Below are positions 24,052-33,397 of a stretch of 64,000 nucleotides of DNA, piece after piece. This DNA comes from a virus. The stretch lies in IMG/VR virus record IMGVR_UViG_3300036799_000060; one strand, written 5' to 3'. The notes under the pieces were generated by a model. It saw only the letters and a list, made by a program, of their open reading frames with translations, was not told the DNA's origin and did no database searches. Position numbers and translations under genes: made by a program. Each line of letters opens with the position of its first letter. The stretch's first letter is position 1.

Positions 24052-25965
24052 ATGGAACTGATCAAGCAGCGTCCCAAGATGCTGTGGCACAGCAACGACC
24101 CCCAGTCGGACACCGGTTACGGGGTGGAAACGGCGCTGTTCGCGCCGCGCATCCGCGACGCCGGGTGGGACATCGTGCTGTCGTGCATGGGCGGCGGGTA
24201 CGGCCCGCACGAGTGGGAGGGCATCACCTGCCTGCCACCGGGGATGACGCCGTTCTCCACTGACATCCTCGCCTCTCACGCTGTGCACCATTTCGGCCGT
24301 GACCCGGGTCTGGTGCTGGTGCACTATGACGCGTGGGCGATCGGCCCGGAGGCCGTGGCCGGGCTGGCCTGCGCCGCGTGGTCCCCGGTGCACTCGCACG
24401 GGATGAGCCGGGGGGACAAGCTGTTTTACCGGCTGTCCGGCGCCTACCCGATCTCCTACAGCCTGCACGGTGTGCGGATGATGCAGGCGGCTGGGCTGGA
24501 GCCCGCCTATGTGCCGCACGGTGTGGACACGTCGCTGTTCCGGCCACAGTCCCCGGAGGAGCGGCAGGCGGCCCGGGAACGGTTCGGGATCTCCCCGGAG
24601 ACGTTCGTGGTGGGGATGGTGGCCGCGAACAAGGGCACCGACCCGCCGCGTAAGGCGTGGGGCGAAGTCATGGCGGCGTTCGCCGCGTTCCACGACCGGC
24701 ACCCGGACTCGCTGCTGTTCGCGCACACTCTGGCCGCGACGCCGGACGGGTACGGCCTGGACTTGCGCCCGCTGATCCGCCACTACGGGCTCGGCGATGC
24801 GGTGCTGTTCAGCGACGACTACGGGCAGGTTGCCAACTTCTACACGCAGGGGTATGTGTCGCGGATCACCGGCCTGGCTGACGTGTTCCTGAACCCGTCC
24901 TACGGGGAAGGGTTCGGCCTCGGCCCGGTGCAGGCGCAGGCGTGCGGCGTGCCGGTGATCGTCGGCGACAACTCGGCCCAGACTGAGCTGTGCGGCTCCG
25001 GGTGGCTGGTGGACTGCCAGCCGTACTGGCATCCCCGCGATGAGGCGAACTGGTATGTGCCGTTCATCGCCTCCATTGAGAAGGCGCTGGAGAAGGCTTA
25101 CCGGGTGTCGCGGCAGCCAGCGCAGCGGGACAAGCTGGCCCGGCGGGCACGCGCGTTCGCGGAGGGCTACGACGCCGACCTGGTGATGAACACGTACTGG
25201 AAGCCCGCGCTCGAAATGCTGGAGCAACTGTGCGGCGCGGCGCTGGTGCGGCCACCTGCCAAGGCGGCGGTGCCGCTGCCCACGGTGGAATCGGACGGGC
25301 TGCGGTGGCTGGCCAGGGGGCCGCACACCGACGACTGGATTTCGGTCGGGCACGAGGACACGCTGGCCCCGGTGCTCGCCGCGCTGTTCCCATCTGACGG
25401 GGTGCTGCTGGACGTGGGCGCGCACGTCGGCCGGTGGGCGCTGCGGCTGGCCGGGCGGGCTAGCCAGGTCATCGCGGTGGAGGCGATGCCGGACACGGCC
25501 GCGTCGCTGCGCTACCACATCGCCCTGAACGGCATTGAGAACGTCGCGGTGATGGAGGTAGCCGCGTGGGACGTGCCGGACAAGCTGATCATGGCGGACA
25601 AGAACCGGCGGGTGACCGGCGGGTCGACCAAGGCGTTCGAGCGTGACGAGGTTCCCGACGGCGAGGGCGTGCAGGTTGAGGCGATACCGCTGGACGCGCT
25701 GCTTGACGAGGTGGAGCGGATCGACCTGGTCAAGCTGGACGTGGAGGGCGCCGACCTGAAGGCCCTGTGGGGGATGCGGGAGACGCTGGCCCGGCTGCGC
25801 CCGGTCCTGTTCATCGAAGATCACTCGATTTACGGCTACTACACCCAGGCCGAGCTTTACGACCTGCTCGAAGAACTGGGCTATGACGTGCAGCCGTTCA
25901 CCGCGCACCTGGCCGGGGACCGGGTGGCGCCGTATGCGATTGCCCGGCCGAAAGCGGAGGTGTGA
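24052..25965 (+). CDS. glycosyltransferase (GT-B/GT4-like) fused to FkbM-family methyltransferase
   Basis: ATG 24052 follows CCAGGAG. The N-terminal approximately 400 aa carry NPSYGEGFGLGPVQAQACGVPVIVGD (the GT4 E-x7-E region). The C-terminal approximately 200 aa carry LLDVGAHVGRWALRLA...VEAMPDT...IDLVKLDVEGADL (FkbM signature). Confidence 0.8.
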   Translation: MELIKQRPKMLWHSNDPQSDTGYGVETALFAPRIRDAGWDIVLSCMGGGYGPHEWEGITCLPPGMTPFSTDILASHAVHHFGRDPGLVLVHYDAWAIGPEAVAGLACAAWSPVHSHGMSRGDKLFYRLSGAYPISYSLHGVRMMQAAGLEPAYVPHGVDTSLFRPQSPEERQAARERFGISPETFVVGMVAANKGTDPPRKAWGEVMAAFAAFHDRHPDSLLFAHTLAATPDGYGLDLRPLIRHYGLGDAVLFSDDYGQVANFYTQGYVSRITGLADVFLNPSYGEGFGLGPVQAQACGVPVIVGDNSAQTELCGSGWLVDCQPYWHPRDEANWYVPFIASIEKALEKAYRVSRQPAQRDKLARRARAFAEGYDADLVMNTYWKPALEMLEQLCGAALVRPPAKAAVPLPTVESDGLRWLARGPHTDDWISVGHEDTLAPVLAALFPSDGVLLDVGAHVGRWALRLAGRASQVIAVEAMPDTAASLRYHIALNGIENVAVMEVAAWDVPDKLIMADKNRRVTGGSTKAFERDEVPDGEGVQVEAIPLDALLDEVERIDLVKLDVEGADLKALWGMRETLARLRPVLFIEDHSIYGYYTQAELYDLLEELGYDVQPFTAHLAGDRVAPYAIARPKAEV

Positions 25966-25969
25966 AACG

Positions 25970-26143
25970 GTGGAGCACCTGCGGTTCTTCTGGCCGCCGT
26001 GTATGAACCTGCCGCTCGGCGGGCACCGGATTCTGGTTGTCGGCCTCGGCCGCCTGGACCGGCATGGGCGGATGCACCGCTGGCAGATCTGCTGCTACCC
26101 GATGCAACTGAGTTTCTGCTGCGGCCGGAACGAGGATCTGTGA
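25970..26143 (+). CDS. small Cys-rich protein (57 aa)
   Basis: GTG 25970 lies 9 nt after GGAGG. Very high GC3. Product VEHLRFFWPPCMNLPLGGHRILVVGLGRLDRHGRMHRWQICCYPMQLSFCCGRNEDL. GTGA overlap with the next gene. Confidence 0.4.
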   Translation: MEHLRFFWPPCMNLPLGGHRILVVGLGRLDRHGRMHRWQICCYPMQLSFCCGRNEDL

Positions 26144-26799
26144 CCGGCTGGTGGGGCGGCTCGGGTGATGATCCGGTGACGCGGCAGGCGCTCGCCTACG
26201 GCGCGAGCCAGCACCCGGAAGAACTCGCCGCCGTGGTGGAGCTGGCCCGCTCGGCCAGGCCGCTGATCATTGTGGAGATCGGCTGTGACCGGGGCGGCAC
26301 CCTGTATGCGTGGCGGCAGATCTGCCGCGAGGTGTACGGGATCACCCTGGCCGACAACGGCCAGGACGCGGGGGGCTCGGGCCTGCCGCTGGAGCGGCAC
26401 GGCGCGCAGGTGCATGTCGGCGACTCCCACAGCCCGGCGGCGCGGGCGTGGCTGTGCAACCACCTGTACGCCACGAACCTGGACCGCTGGTGCCCGCTAG
26501 TGGACGTGCTGGCGATCGACGGCGACCACACCTACGAGGGCGTGTGGGCCGACCTGGAGATGTACGGCCCGCTGGTGAAGCCAGGCGGCCTCATCTTGCT
26601 GCATGACATCCACTCGGTACCTCCTCACCCGGAGTTCCGGCTGGACGTGCCGAGGGTGTGGGCGGAGTGCGTGGCGGCGGCCTATGACACTTCCGAGATC
26701 CATGCGGGCGGCCCCGGCTGGGGAGTGATCCGCAGGCAGGTAAGCGACTCATTCAGGAGGACCGGCGATGTCCGAGCACCCAGCGTTCACCCAGCCTGA
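26140..26799 (+). CDS. class I SAM-dependent methyltransferase (CmcI / cephalosporin-hydroxylase-like family)
   Basis: GTG 26140. IIVEIGCDRGGTLYAW (SAM motif I) and VLAIDGDHTYEGVWADLEMYGPLVKPGGLILLHDI are typical of CmcI-type sugar O-methyltransferases. Confidence 0.7.
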   Translation: MTGWWGGSGDDPVTRQALAYGASQHPEELAAVVELARSARPLIIVEIGCDRGGTLYAWRQICREVYGITLADNGQDAGGSGLPLERHGAQVHVGDSHSPAARAWLCNHLYATNLDRWCPLVDVLAIDGDHTYEGVWADLEMYGPLVKPGGLILLHDIHSVPPHPEFRLDVPRVWAECVAAAYDTSEIHAGGPGWGVIRRQVSDSFRRTGDVRAPSVHPA

Positions 26800-27004
26800 G
26801 TACAGCGAGGGCGCGAACCCGCATGCCTCCGCCGACGACCGGCCTGGTTCGGTGGTGGCGGCCGAGGCCGCCGAGAAGGCCGAGAAGGCCAAGGCCAAGA
26901 AGGCCGCCGCCAAGGACGAGGGCGAGGACAAGGGCGGCCCTGGCGGGGCTAGCTCCGTCGGTGGGCACCAGTCCGCCGGGGGGAAGGCTGGCGGGAAGGC
27001 ATGA
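26768..27004 (+). CDS. low-complexity Ala/Lys/Glu/Gly-rich protein (78 aa)
   Basis: ATG 26768 follows AGGAGG. Listed ORF. Looks disordered. Confidence 0.5.
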   Translation: MSEHPAFTQPEYSEGANPHASADDRPGSVVAAEAAEKAEKAKAKKAAAKDEGEDKGGPGGASSVGGHQSAGGKAGGKA

Positions 27005-27330
27005 GGGGCGCGGCGGCGCTGATCACCGGTCACATCGACTGGGAGTGCCCGAACTGCCAGACGCGGGACACCACGCCGCTGCTGATCCCGAACCGGTACC
27101 ACCCGTGCCCGGGGCTGCGCGGCCTGCTCGCGCCGCTGGTGCGCGCCGGGACCGATTGCAAGATCACCGCGCTGCCGCGTGAGGACTATCTGGGCGGCGA
27201 GGTGCAGCGCACCGATGAGGCCGGGCGCCCGTATGGGGGCGTGAAGGTGGAGCGGTCCGACGGCTCGAACGACCTGTTCATGTTCGCACCGCTCGCGCAG
27301 GCGAGCGCGGAAGAGATGGGGCACCGATGA
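27001..27330 (+). CDS. hypothetical protein with zinc-ribbon-like CPNC...HPCPG (109 aa)
   Basis: Listed ORF with ATGA overlap at both ends. Confidence 0.55.
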   Translation: MRGAAALITGHIDWECPNCQTRDTTPLLIPNRYHPCPGLRGLLAPLVRAGTDCKITALPREDYLGGEVQRTDEAGRPYGGVKVERSDGSNDLFMFAPLAQASAEEMGHR

Positions 27331-27686
27331 CCAACGCGGCGGCGGGGGCTGGTGAAGCTCTCCCGGTGACGGCGGAGACGGGGCCGCCGGTCGGGGATGC
27401 CCAGGCGGCTGCGCTGGCGCTGGCGGAACTGGCGCTGGCGTCCGAGCGGTATCAGCGGGCGGTGGACAAGTCGGGCAAGGCCGAGCAGCAGGCGGCCGAC
27501 CTGGCGGCCACGGCCGTGGAGAACCTGTCCGAGGCGTCCGCTGCGCTGGAGGCGGCCGAGGCTGCGGCTAAGGCCCAGTTCGGTGACGAGGTGGACGTGG
27601 GCGCGCTCGCGTCGATGGTGGCGGCCGAGACGGCCCGTCATCAGGAGGCGCTGGCCGCTATCCAGGCCGCGCAGAACGGGAGCTAG
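27327..27686 (+). CDS. Ala-rich coiled-coil protein (119 aa)
   Basis: Listed ORF with ATGA overlap with the upstream gene. Confidence 0.55.
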   Translation: MTNAAAGAGEALPVTAETGPPVGDAQAAALALAELALASERYQRAVDKSGKAEQQAADLAATAVENLSEASAALEAAEAAAKAQFGDEVDVGALASMVAAETARHQEALAAIQAAQNGS

Positions 27687-27688
27687 CG

Positions 27689-28174
27689 ATGGCGTTCGGC
27701 ACCTCATCCAAGATCTTCCGCAACTGGCTCGGCGACCTGATGTCCAACGTCACCTCGGCGATCGACCTGGACACCGACGTGCCCAAGGTGGCCCTCTATG
27801 GGAACACCGGCACCCCGAACCAGGACGACACCGCCGCCCACAACGCCTACAACGGTGCAGGCGGCGCGTGGGTGACGGCCAACGAGGTGACCGACACGAA
27901 CTGGGCCGCTGGCGGCCGGGCTCTGTCCGGGATCACAACCCACTTCGCGGACACGGCGGGGGTCGTCTGGTATGACGCCGCCGACACCGCCGGGGCCGGG
28001 AACGTGACCGTGGCCAACGTTTACGGGGTGCTCGTCTATGACGACACGATCACCACCCCGGTGGCCGACCTCGGCATGTCCTACCACGCGTTCTCCACCC
28101 AGCCAGCCGGGGTGACGGCCGGGACGTTCACCGTCGTGTGGGACGCGCTGGGAATCTTCCGCTACACCCTGTAA
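27689..28174 (+). CDS. hypothetical virion-module protein (161 aa)
   Basis: Listed ORF. Composition suggests beta-rich structure. Lies within the head/neck block. Confidence 0.55.
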   Translation: MAFGTSSKIFRNWLGDLMSNVTSAIDLDTDVPKVALYGNTGTPNQDDTAAHNAYNGAGGAWVTANEVTDTNWAAGGRALSGITTHFADTAGVVWYDAADTAGAGNVTVANVYGVLVYDDTITTPVADLGMSYHAFSTQPAGVTAGTFTVVWDALGIFRYTL

Positions 28175-28187
28175 GGGGGGGGGGCCT

Positions 28188-28778
28188 GTGTCTGACTACA
28201 CCCCGACCAAGGTCGAGGTTCTGTCGGCGTCGATCGCTGCTGGCACCCAGCTTGCGACGTTCACCACTGAGGCATCGCTGATGGGTGGCATCCTTGTGCC
28301 GAAGATCCCGGGTGGCTATTTCTTCAACAACAGCTCGGTTGGCCGCACGCTGAAGTTCAAGGGCTACGGCAAGATGGGCTCCACCACTACTGGCCCGATT
28401 TTCACTATCACGCCGCGCCTGTTCACCCACGGGACAGCTTTTAGCGCGGGCGGCGGCATCCTCCTCGGGACGTTCGCCACCCTGATCATGGCGGCCTCGC
28501 AGACCCTGGCTCCGTACGACATTGAGCTAGATATGTGGATGGACAACCCGAACGAGGGCGCAACGTCGAACTTCTCCACGTTCGGGAAGATCACCTCGCC
28601 CAAGGGGTTCACTACGCCGTTCGCTGTCACACTGCCTGACAACAATGTCACGACGAACCTGGCCACCACCTTTGATGCATGGGCGACGTATGACCTGCAC
28701 ATCGGCGTGGCCTGCAACACCTCCAACGCCGCCAACCTGATCAACCTCCAGCGCTACAAGCTGTACGGCGAGAACTGA
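28188..28778 (+). CDS. hypothetical virion-module protein (196 aa), lower-GC gene
   Basis: Listed ORF starting at GTG. Thr/Ser/Asn/Phe-rich, and visibly more A/T than its neighbours. Confidence 0.55.
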   Translation: MSDYTPTKVEVLSASIAAGTQLATFTTEASLMGGILVPKIPGGYFFNNSSVGRTLKFKGYGKMGSTTTGPIFTITPRLFTHGTAFSAGGGILLGTFATLIMAASQTLAPYDIELDMWMDNPNEGATSNFSTFGKITSPKGFTTPFAVTLPDNNVTTNLATTFDAWATYDLHIGVACNTSNAANLINLQRYKLYGEN

Positions 28779-28819
28779 CGCTCCCCCCGGAGGTCTGACG
28801 CGCAGGGAGGTGTCACCCC

Positions 28820-30937
28820 GTGACCACCCCGCACGGCGGACGGTACTGGCGGCGGAACCGCAAGTGGCGCAAGCGGCTGACCCCGGCCATCCCCCCGCCG
28901 CCGCAGACCGGTGGGGGGGGCGCCACCCCCACCGTCCGGTCGTCGTCCACCTATGCGAGCGCGGTCAGCGAAACCACGTTCAGCATCGCGCTGCCGTCGG
29001 GCTGGCAGCCAGGCGACGTCTGCTACATCGCGGTCGAGTCGCGTGGCACCGGTGCGACGATCAGCACACCAACCGGTTTTACAGCAGTCGGGCCGACGTT
29101 TAACCCGGTCGGGGTGACGAACACGGCGATGGCCGTGATGCGCCGCGTCTTGCAGGCCGGTGACACCGACCCGGTGGTATTCACGGGCGCGTCGGCACGG
29201 TTCTCGGCGGTGGCGGTTGCCGTCCAGGGCGCTGACGGGACGACCCCCGAAGATGGGGTGACGCCGGTTGAGGACGCGCAGTCGGCGGCGACCAACAGTC
29301 CGGTAGCTGATTCAGTCACCCCGGCCGGGTCCAACGACTTGCTGCTTTGCTTCTTCGGCGCTGGTGATCCGACGACGGCGAACGTGGCGATGACGTTCAC
29401 GCAGCCGGCGGGGATGACGCTGGTGGCGCAGGCGTCGAGCGCCCTCGCTGCGTCTACTGACGCGGGCATGATGGCCGCCAGCCTGGCGCTGGCGTCGAAC
29501 GCGGCGACGGGCGCCCAGACGGCGACGATCACCCCATCGTCGGGGTCGGTGGCGTGTAACAGCCAGACCGTCACGCTGGTGCTGAAGTCGGCTGGCGGCG
29601 CCCCGGCGACTTCGGCTGCGGCGGGGCTCGCGTCGGCCACGGGCTCGGCACCGGATGCCACGGTGCAGGCGATCGTCGCGGCGGCGGCGGGCCTGGCGTC
29701 AGGTACAGGTTCGGCGTTCACGGTGGGTGCGGCTGTCACGGTGCAAGCCGGGCTGGCGGCAGCTACGGGCACCGCGCCGGGGGGCACGGCCACGGCTGCG
29801 GCGTCGCCAGCGGCGGGGCTTGCCTCGGGTACGGGCGCTGCGCCTACGGTGTCTCTGGCCGCTACGGCGGCGGCGGGCCTGGCGAACGGCACCGGCTCCG
29901 CCCTTGGTGTGACGCTGGCTGCGTCGGTTAAGGCCGGGCTGGCCAGTGGCACCGGGGCGGCTGCGCCGGTCGGCCTGGCCGCTACGGCTGTGCTCGGCCT
30001 CGCCTCAGGCACCGGGAGCGCGCCGGGGGTCACGGCGTCCACGGCGGGCGCCACGAACGCCATCGCGGGTCTGGCGTCGGCCACCGGGTCGGCCCCGGCG
30101 GTGAGCCTGGCTGCGTCGGTGACGGCTGGGCTGGCCTCCGCTACCGGCCAGGCACCGGCCACCGGGCTGGCTGCGTCAGTCAAGGCGGGGCTGGCCAGCA
30201 GCACCGGTTCGGCTCCGGGTGCCACGGTCACCGCTGCTGCGGCGGCCCTGGTGGGGCTCGCCTCGGCTGCGGGCTCGGCTCCGCCCGTCACCGCGTCCAC
30301 AGTGCCAGCTACCCAGGCCAGCGCTGGTGTGGCGTCGGCAACCGGCACAGCACCCGCTATCAGCCTCGCGGCCTCGGCCGCGCTCGGGCTCGCGTCCGCG
30401 ACGGGCGCGGCCCGCACCCCGGCGGTGGCAGCCACCGTCGCCGCTGGGCTCGCCACGGGAACCGGGGTCGCTCCGGGGCCTGCTCTCTCGCTGGCGAGCC
30501 GTGGCGTGGCCGGGCTGGCGTCGGCATCTGGGGCGGCGCCGACGCCAGCCGGTCAGGGTGCGAACTTCTACCAGGCTGGCCGGGCCGACGGCACGGGTAC
30601 CGCTCCGGGGCCTGCCCTGGCCCTGGCTGCCCTGCCGTCTGTGGTGGCGGCGCTGGCATCCGGGCAGGCGATGACGGCGGCGGTGCTGTCTGTCATCCCG
30701 TCCGTATTCGGGACCGCCCTGGCCGGGGGCGGTCCTCTGGCGGCGGCGGCCGTCGGCGGTGGCTTGCCTTCCCAGGCGGCTGCGGGCGGCTCCGCCGCCA
30801 GTGTTGCTGCGGGCGGCCGGACTGAGGTGGGTGGCAGCTACAGCGACATCTACGGCGACACCTACCACGATGACGTGACGACCGGCGCGGCGGGCGGCGG
30901 CGCGGGCAACGGGGCGAGAGGGGGCGGCCAGCCGTGA
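28820..30937 (+). CDS. repeat protein (705 aa): basic N-terminus, globular domain, about 16 tandem AGLASGTGSAP-type repeats, Gly/Ala-rich C-terminus
   Basis: GTG 28820 lies 9 nt after GGGAGG. The repeats are read directly from the translation. Confidence 0.7.
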   Translation: MTTPHGGRYWRRNRKWRKRLTPAIPPPPQTGGGGATPTVRSSSTYASAVSETTFSIALPSGWQPGDVCYIAVESRGTGATISTPTGFTAVGPTFNPVGVTNTAMAVMRRVLQAGDTDPVVFTGASARFSAVAVAVQGADGTTPEDGVTPVEDAQSAATNSPVADSVTPAGSNDLLLCFFGAGDPTTANVAMTFTQPAGMTLVAQASSALAASTDAGMMAASLALASNAATGAQTATITPSSGSVACNSQTVTLVLKSAGGAPATSAAAGLASATGSAPDATVQAIVAAAAGLASGTGSAFTVGAAVTVQAGLAAATGTAPGGTATAAASPAAGLASGTGAAPTVSLAATAAAGLANGTGSALGVTLAASVKAGLASGTGAAAPVGLAATAVLGLASGTGSAPGVTASTAGATNAIAGLASATGSAPAVSLAASVTAGLASATGQAPATGLAASVKAGLASSTGSAPGATVTAAAAALVGLASAAGSAPPVTASTVPATQASAGVASATGTAPAISLAASAALGLASATGAARTPAVAATVAAGLATGTGVAPGPALSLASRGVAGLASASGAAPTPAGQGANFYQAGRADGTGTAPGPALALAALPSVVAALASGQAMTAAVLSVIPSVFGTALAGGGPLAAAAVGGGLPSQAAAGGSAASVAAGGRTEVGGSYSDIYGDTYHDDVTTGAAGGGAGNGARGGGQP
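29618..30610 (+). repeat. in-frame tandem repeats (about 16 units of 17-22 aa, core (A/L/V)GLA(S/A/N/T)(G/A/S)(T/S)G(S/T/A/Q)AP)
   Basis: AGLASATGSAP, AGLASGTGSAF, AGLAAATGTAP, AGLASGTGAAP, AGLANGTGSAL and so on, spaced by short V/T/A/S linkers. Period is about 54-66 nt. Confidence 0.85.
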
Positions 30938-31974
30938 CCTGGTACTGGCCGCTTCCCACACGCCCGGTGGATCAGGGCACGGGCGAGCTGGCCGACCTGG
31001 CGAACACCTACGGCGCGGGCGGGCAACTGGCGCAAGCGCTGGCGGCGGCGCTCGGCTCGCCGGGGCTGTCCGCGTCGGCGGCGATGGATTACGTGCGGTC
31101 GGTGCTGGCGCTGCCGGTGTTCCCGGAGGTGAACTACGGCAACCTGTTCGGCGACGGCTCCGACGGGGTGGCCACCCTGGACGGGGTGGCCACGGTGGCT
31201 TGGGCGTCCAAGGCCGGATCGGTTTACACGCTGACCCGCAACGCGAAGCTGACCAGCCTGACGATCAATAACGGTGTGACGCTGAACACGGGGCCGGGCC
31301 GGTGGCTGGTGTTCTGCCGGGGCACTGTCACGATCAACCCGGGCGGCATCATCGACGCCTCGGGCGGGGCCGGGCAGGCGAACGGGACAGCGGGCGCGTC
31401 CCAGGGCAGCGGCACCCTGGCCGGTGGCCGGGCCGGTGGTGCGGGGAACACCGGGGCCGGGTCGGCGGGCACGAGCCAGGCCAACGCGATTGGGCTCGGC
31501 AGCGCGGGGGCTGGTGGCGCGGGTTCGGCGGGGGCTGGTGGCGCGGCGGGCACGGTGACGAACGTCGCCTCGGTGGCGAACATGGCGGTGCCGCCGGTCC
31601 TGGGCGTGGCGGCGGTGTTCGCCAACGTCTTTGTGGTCGGCGGCGGCCCAGGCGGCGGCGGCGGGACTGGTGACAACACCAACAAGGGCGGCGGCGGCGG
31701 AGCCGGTGGCGGGCCGATCTTCGTCGTCGCTTGGGCGCTGGTGAACAACGGCACGATTCAGGCGCCGGGCGGTGCTGGCGGTACCCCGGCGACGGGGAAC
31801 TGCGGTGGCGGGGGTGGCGGCTCGGGTGGCCTGGTGCTGGTTTACACGCTGACGGCGGTGACGGGTTCGGGTTCGGTGAACGTGGCGCCCGGCGGCGCGG
31901 GCTCGGGCGTGGGCACGGGCGCGGCCGGTTCGGCTGGCTCGGCCGGGGCGCAACTGTTCCAGGTCCTTAACTGA
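30934..31974 (+). CDS. glycine-rich beta-helix/fibre-like protein (346 aa)
   Basis: GTGA overlap with the upstream gene. Runs such as GGAGQANGTAGASQGSGTLAGGRAGGAGNTGAGSAG and GGGPGGGGGTGDNTNKGGGGGAGGG are typical of actinophage glycine-rich minor structural proteins. Confidence 0.65.
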   Translation: MTWYWPLPTRPVDQGTGELADLANTYGAGGQLAQALAAALGSPGLSASAAMDYVRSVLALPVFPEVNYGNLFGDGSDGVATLDGVATVAWASKAGSVYTLTRNAKLTSLTINNGVTLNTGPGRWLVFCRGTVTINPGGIIDASGGAGQANGTAGASQGSGTLAGGRAGGAGNTGAGSAGTSQANAIGLGSAGAGGAGSAGAGGAAGTVTNVASVANMAVPPVLGVAAVFANVFVVGGGPGGGGGTGDNTNKGGGGGAGGGPIFVVAWALVNNGTIQAPGGAGGTPATGNCGGGGGGSGGLVLVYTLTAVTGSGSVNVAPGGAGSGVGTGAAGSAGSAGAQLFQVLN

Positions 31975-31984
31975 GGGAGGCGGC

Positions 31985-32806
31985 GTGCTCAGTGCTGGGC
32001 AGGTGTACCGGGCCACGGTCACGGTCGCCAGCGGCTCCTCCCCGTCTACAGCAGTGCTGACGATCACCAAGCCGGACGCCACTACGGTGGCGCAGTCCGG
32101 GCCGTGGACATGGACGCAGATTTCGCCGGGCCAGTGGCAGACGTTCTTTGACTACACGCTGCCGACCCCGGGGCTGTTCAGGTTCGCGTGGGTGACGACC
32201 GGGCCGGGCACGGCGCCGACGCCGATCTTCGAGAACGTGCGGTTCTACATCTCGGCCGTGGGGCTGAACGAGATGAAGAACCACCTCAACAAGAAGTCGC
32301 TCACCGACGATGACGAACTGGCCAGCTTCATGATGGCCTCCACCGAGCTGGTGGAAAACAAGGTGGGGATCATCGTCCCCCGGGCGTTCACCGACCGGGT
32401 GGAGGGCAGCCGTCACCCGATGCAGCTTGTGGTGCCGCAGCGGCCGGTGCTGTCGGTGCAGTCGGTGGCGTCGGCGCTGGCCGGTGGCCCGGTGTGGGAC
32501 AACGTGGCCTCGCCGGGGGTGCTCGCGGCGGACACCGAGGCGGGGCTGATCTACCAGCCGTCAGGGTTCCAGTTCTGGTGGGGGCCGTGGGATGTGGCCT
32601 ACACGTGCGGGCGGCAGGTGGTGGATGAGCGGTTCATCCACGCCGTCAAGGAACAGGTGCGGCATCTGTGGGAGACGCAGCGCGGTAGCCAGCCGCCGAC
32701 CGTGCTGCAGGGCGAGGAGGTCTACACCTCCACCACGGGCTTTACGTTCAGCGTGCCCCGGCGGGTGCTCGAACTGCTGGAGCAGGACACCGTTCCGTCG
32801 TCATGA
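31985..32806 (+). CDS. head-tail connector/adaptor (gp6-like) with N-terminal Ig-like extension
   Basis: GTG follows GAGGGAGG. ISAVGLNEMKNHLNKKSLTDDDELASFMMASTELVENKVG matches the usual N-terminal helix pattern of gp6-like head-tail adaptors. Confidence 0.6.
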   Translation: MLSAGQVYRATVTVASGSSPSTAVLTITKPDATTVAQSGPWTWTQISPGQWQTFFDYTLPTPGLFRFAWVTTGPGTAPTPIFENVRFYISAVGLNEMKNHLNKKSLTDDDELASFMMASTELVENKVGIIVPRAFTDRVEGSRHPMQLVVPQRPVLSVQSVASALAGGPVWDNVASPGVLAADTEAGLIYQPSGFQFWWGPWDVAYTCGRQVVDERFIHAVKEQVRHLWETQRGSQPPTVLQGEEVYTSTTGFTFSVPRRVLELLEQDTVPSS

Positions 32807-32928
32807 TCGCCGCCGTTCTGGTGGCCGAGCCGTTCCCGTGGTGGCTGCGTGCGGTGCTGTCTGCCTGTCTGACGGCGCTCGCGCTCGGGATTGTCGCGGC
32901 CGTGATGGGCCGGGGAAAGGGGCACTGA
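32803..32928 (+). CDS. tiny membrane protein (41 aa)
   Basis: Unlisted ORF with ATGA overlap at 32803. Product MIAAVLVAEPFPWWLRAVLSACLTALALGIVAAVMGRGKGH. Its stop abuts the next GTG. Confidence 0.35.
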   Translation: MIAAVLVAEPFPWWLRAVLSACLTALALGIVAAVMGRGKGH

Positions 32929-33387
32929 GTGCCGTACGCATCGACGTGCCCGGCCGCGATAGCCGGGCTCCTGTCCCTGTTCCAGACGATCAGCCTGGAC
33001 GGCGAGGTGCGCGACGGCCCCGACGTGGGCGACAGTTCGGCCCGTGAGGTGATCACGGTCGGCTATGTCGGCCCCGACGATGACACGGCGGCCGAGGCGG
33101 CCGAGGTGCGCGGCGACATGGGCGGGGCTCGGGACAAAGAGTCCTACGACATCCATTGCGCCACGGCGGTCCTGATCGGCGATGAGGGGACGGCCGGGGC
33201 TCGGGTGCGGGCGTTCGCCCTGCTCGGCCAGTGCGGCGACTGGCTGCGCCGCAGCCGGAACCTGGGCGGCGCCGTGATGTCGGCGCGGATCTCCACCTGG
33301 ACGCTGCGCGATGACTCAACCACGGGCGGCGCGTACTGCCGCATCCGCTTCGACGTGCACGTAGAAGCGTTCACCGCACCGATTTAG
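32929..33387 (+). CDS. neck / tail-completion-like protein (152 aa)
   Basis: Listed ORF. Assignment rests on position between adaptor and tail tube, plus size and pattern (VRDGPDVGDSSAREVITVGYVG...) reminiscent of tail terminator/completion families. Confidence 0.4.
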   Translation: MPYASTCPAAIAGLLSLFQTISLDGEVRDGPDVGDSSAREVITVGYVGPDDDTAAEAAEVRGDMGGARDKESYDIHCATAVLIGDEGTAGARVRAFALLGQCGDWLRRSRNLGGAVMSARISTWTLRDDSTTGGAYCRIRFDVHVEAFTAPI

Positions 33388-33397
33388 GAGGGGCCAG

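Noticed and set aside
29618-30610. Regular 54-66-nt periodic repeats, considered as a possible CRISPR-like array
   Set aside because: The repeats are in frame within a long GC3-biased ORF. The variable parts between them are short and also coding (V/T/A/S linkers). There is no repeat-spacer architecture and no cas genes.
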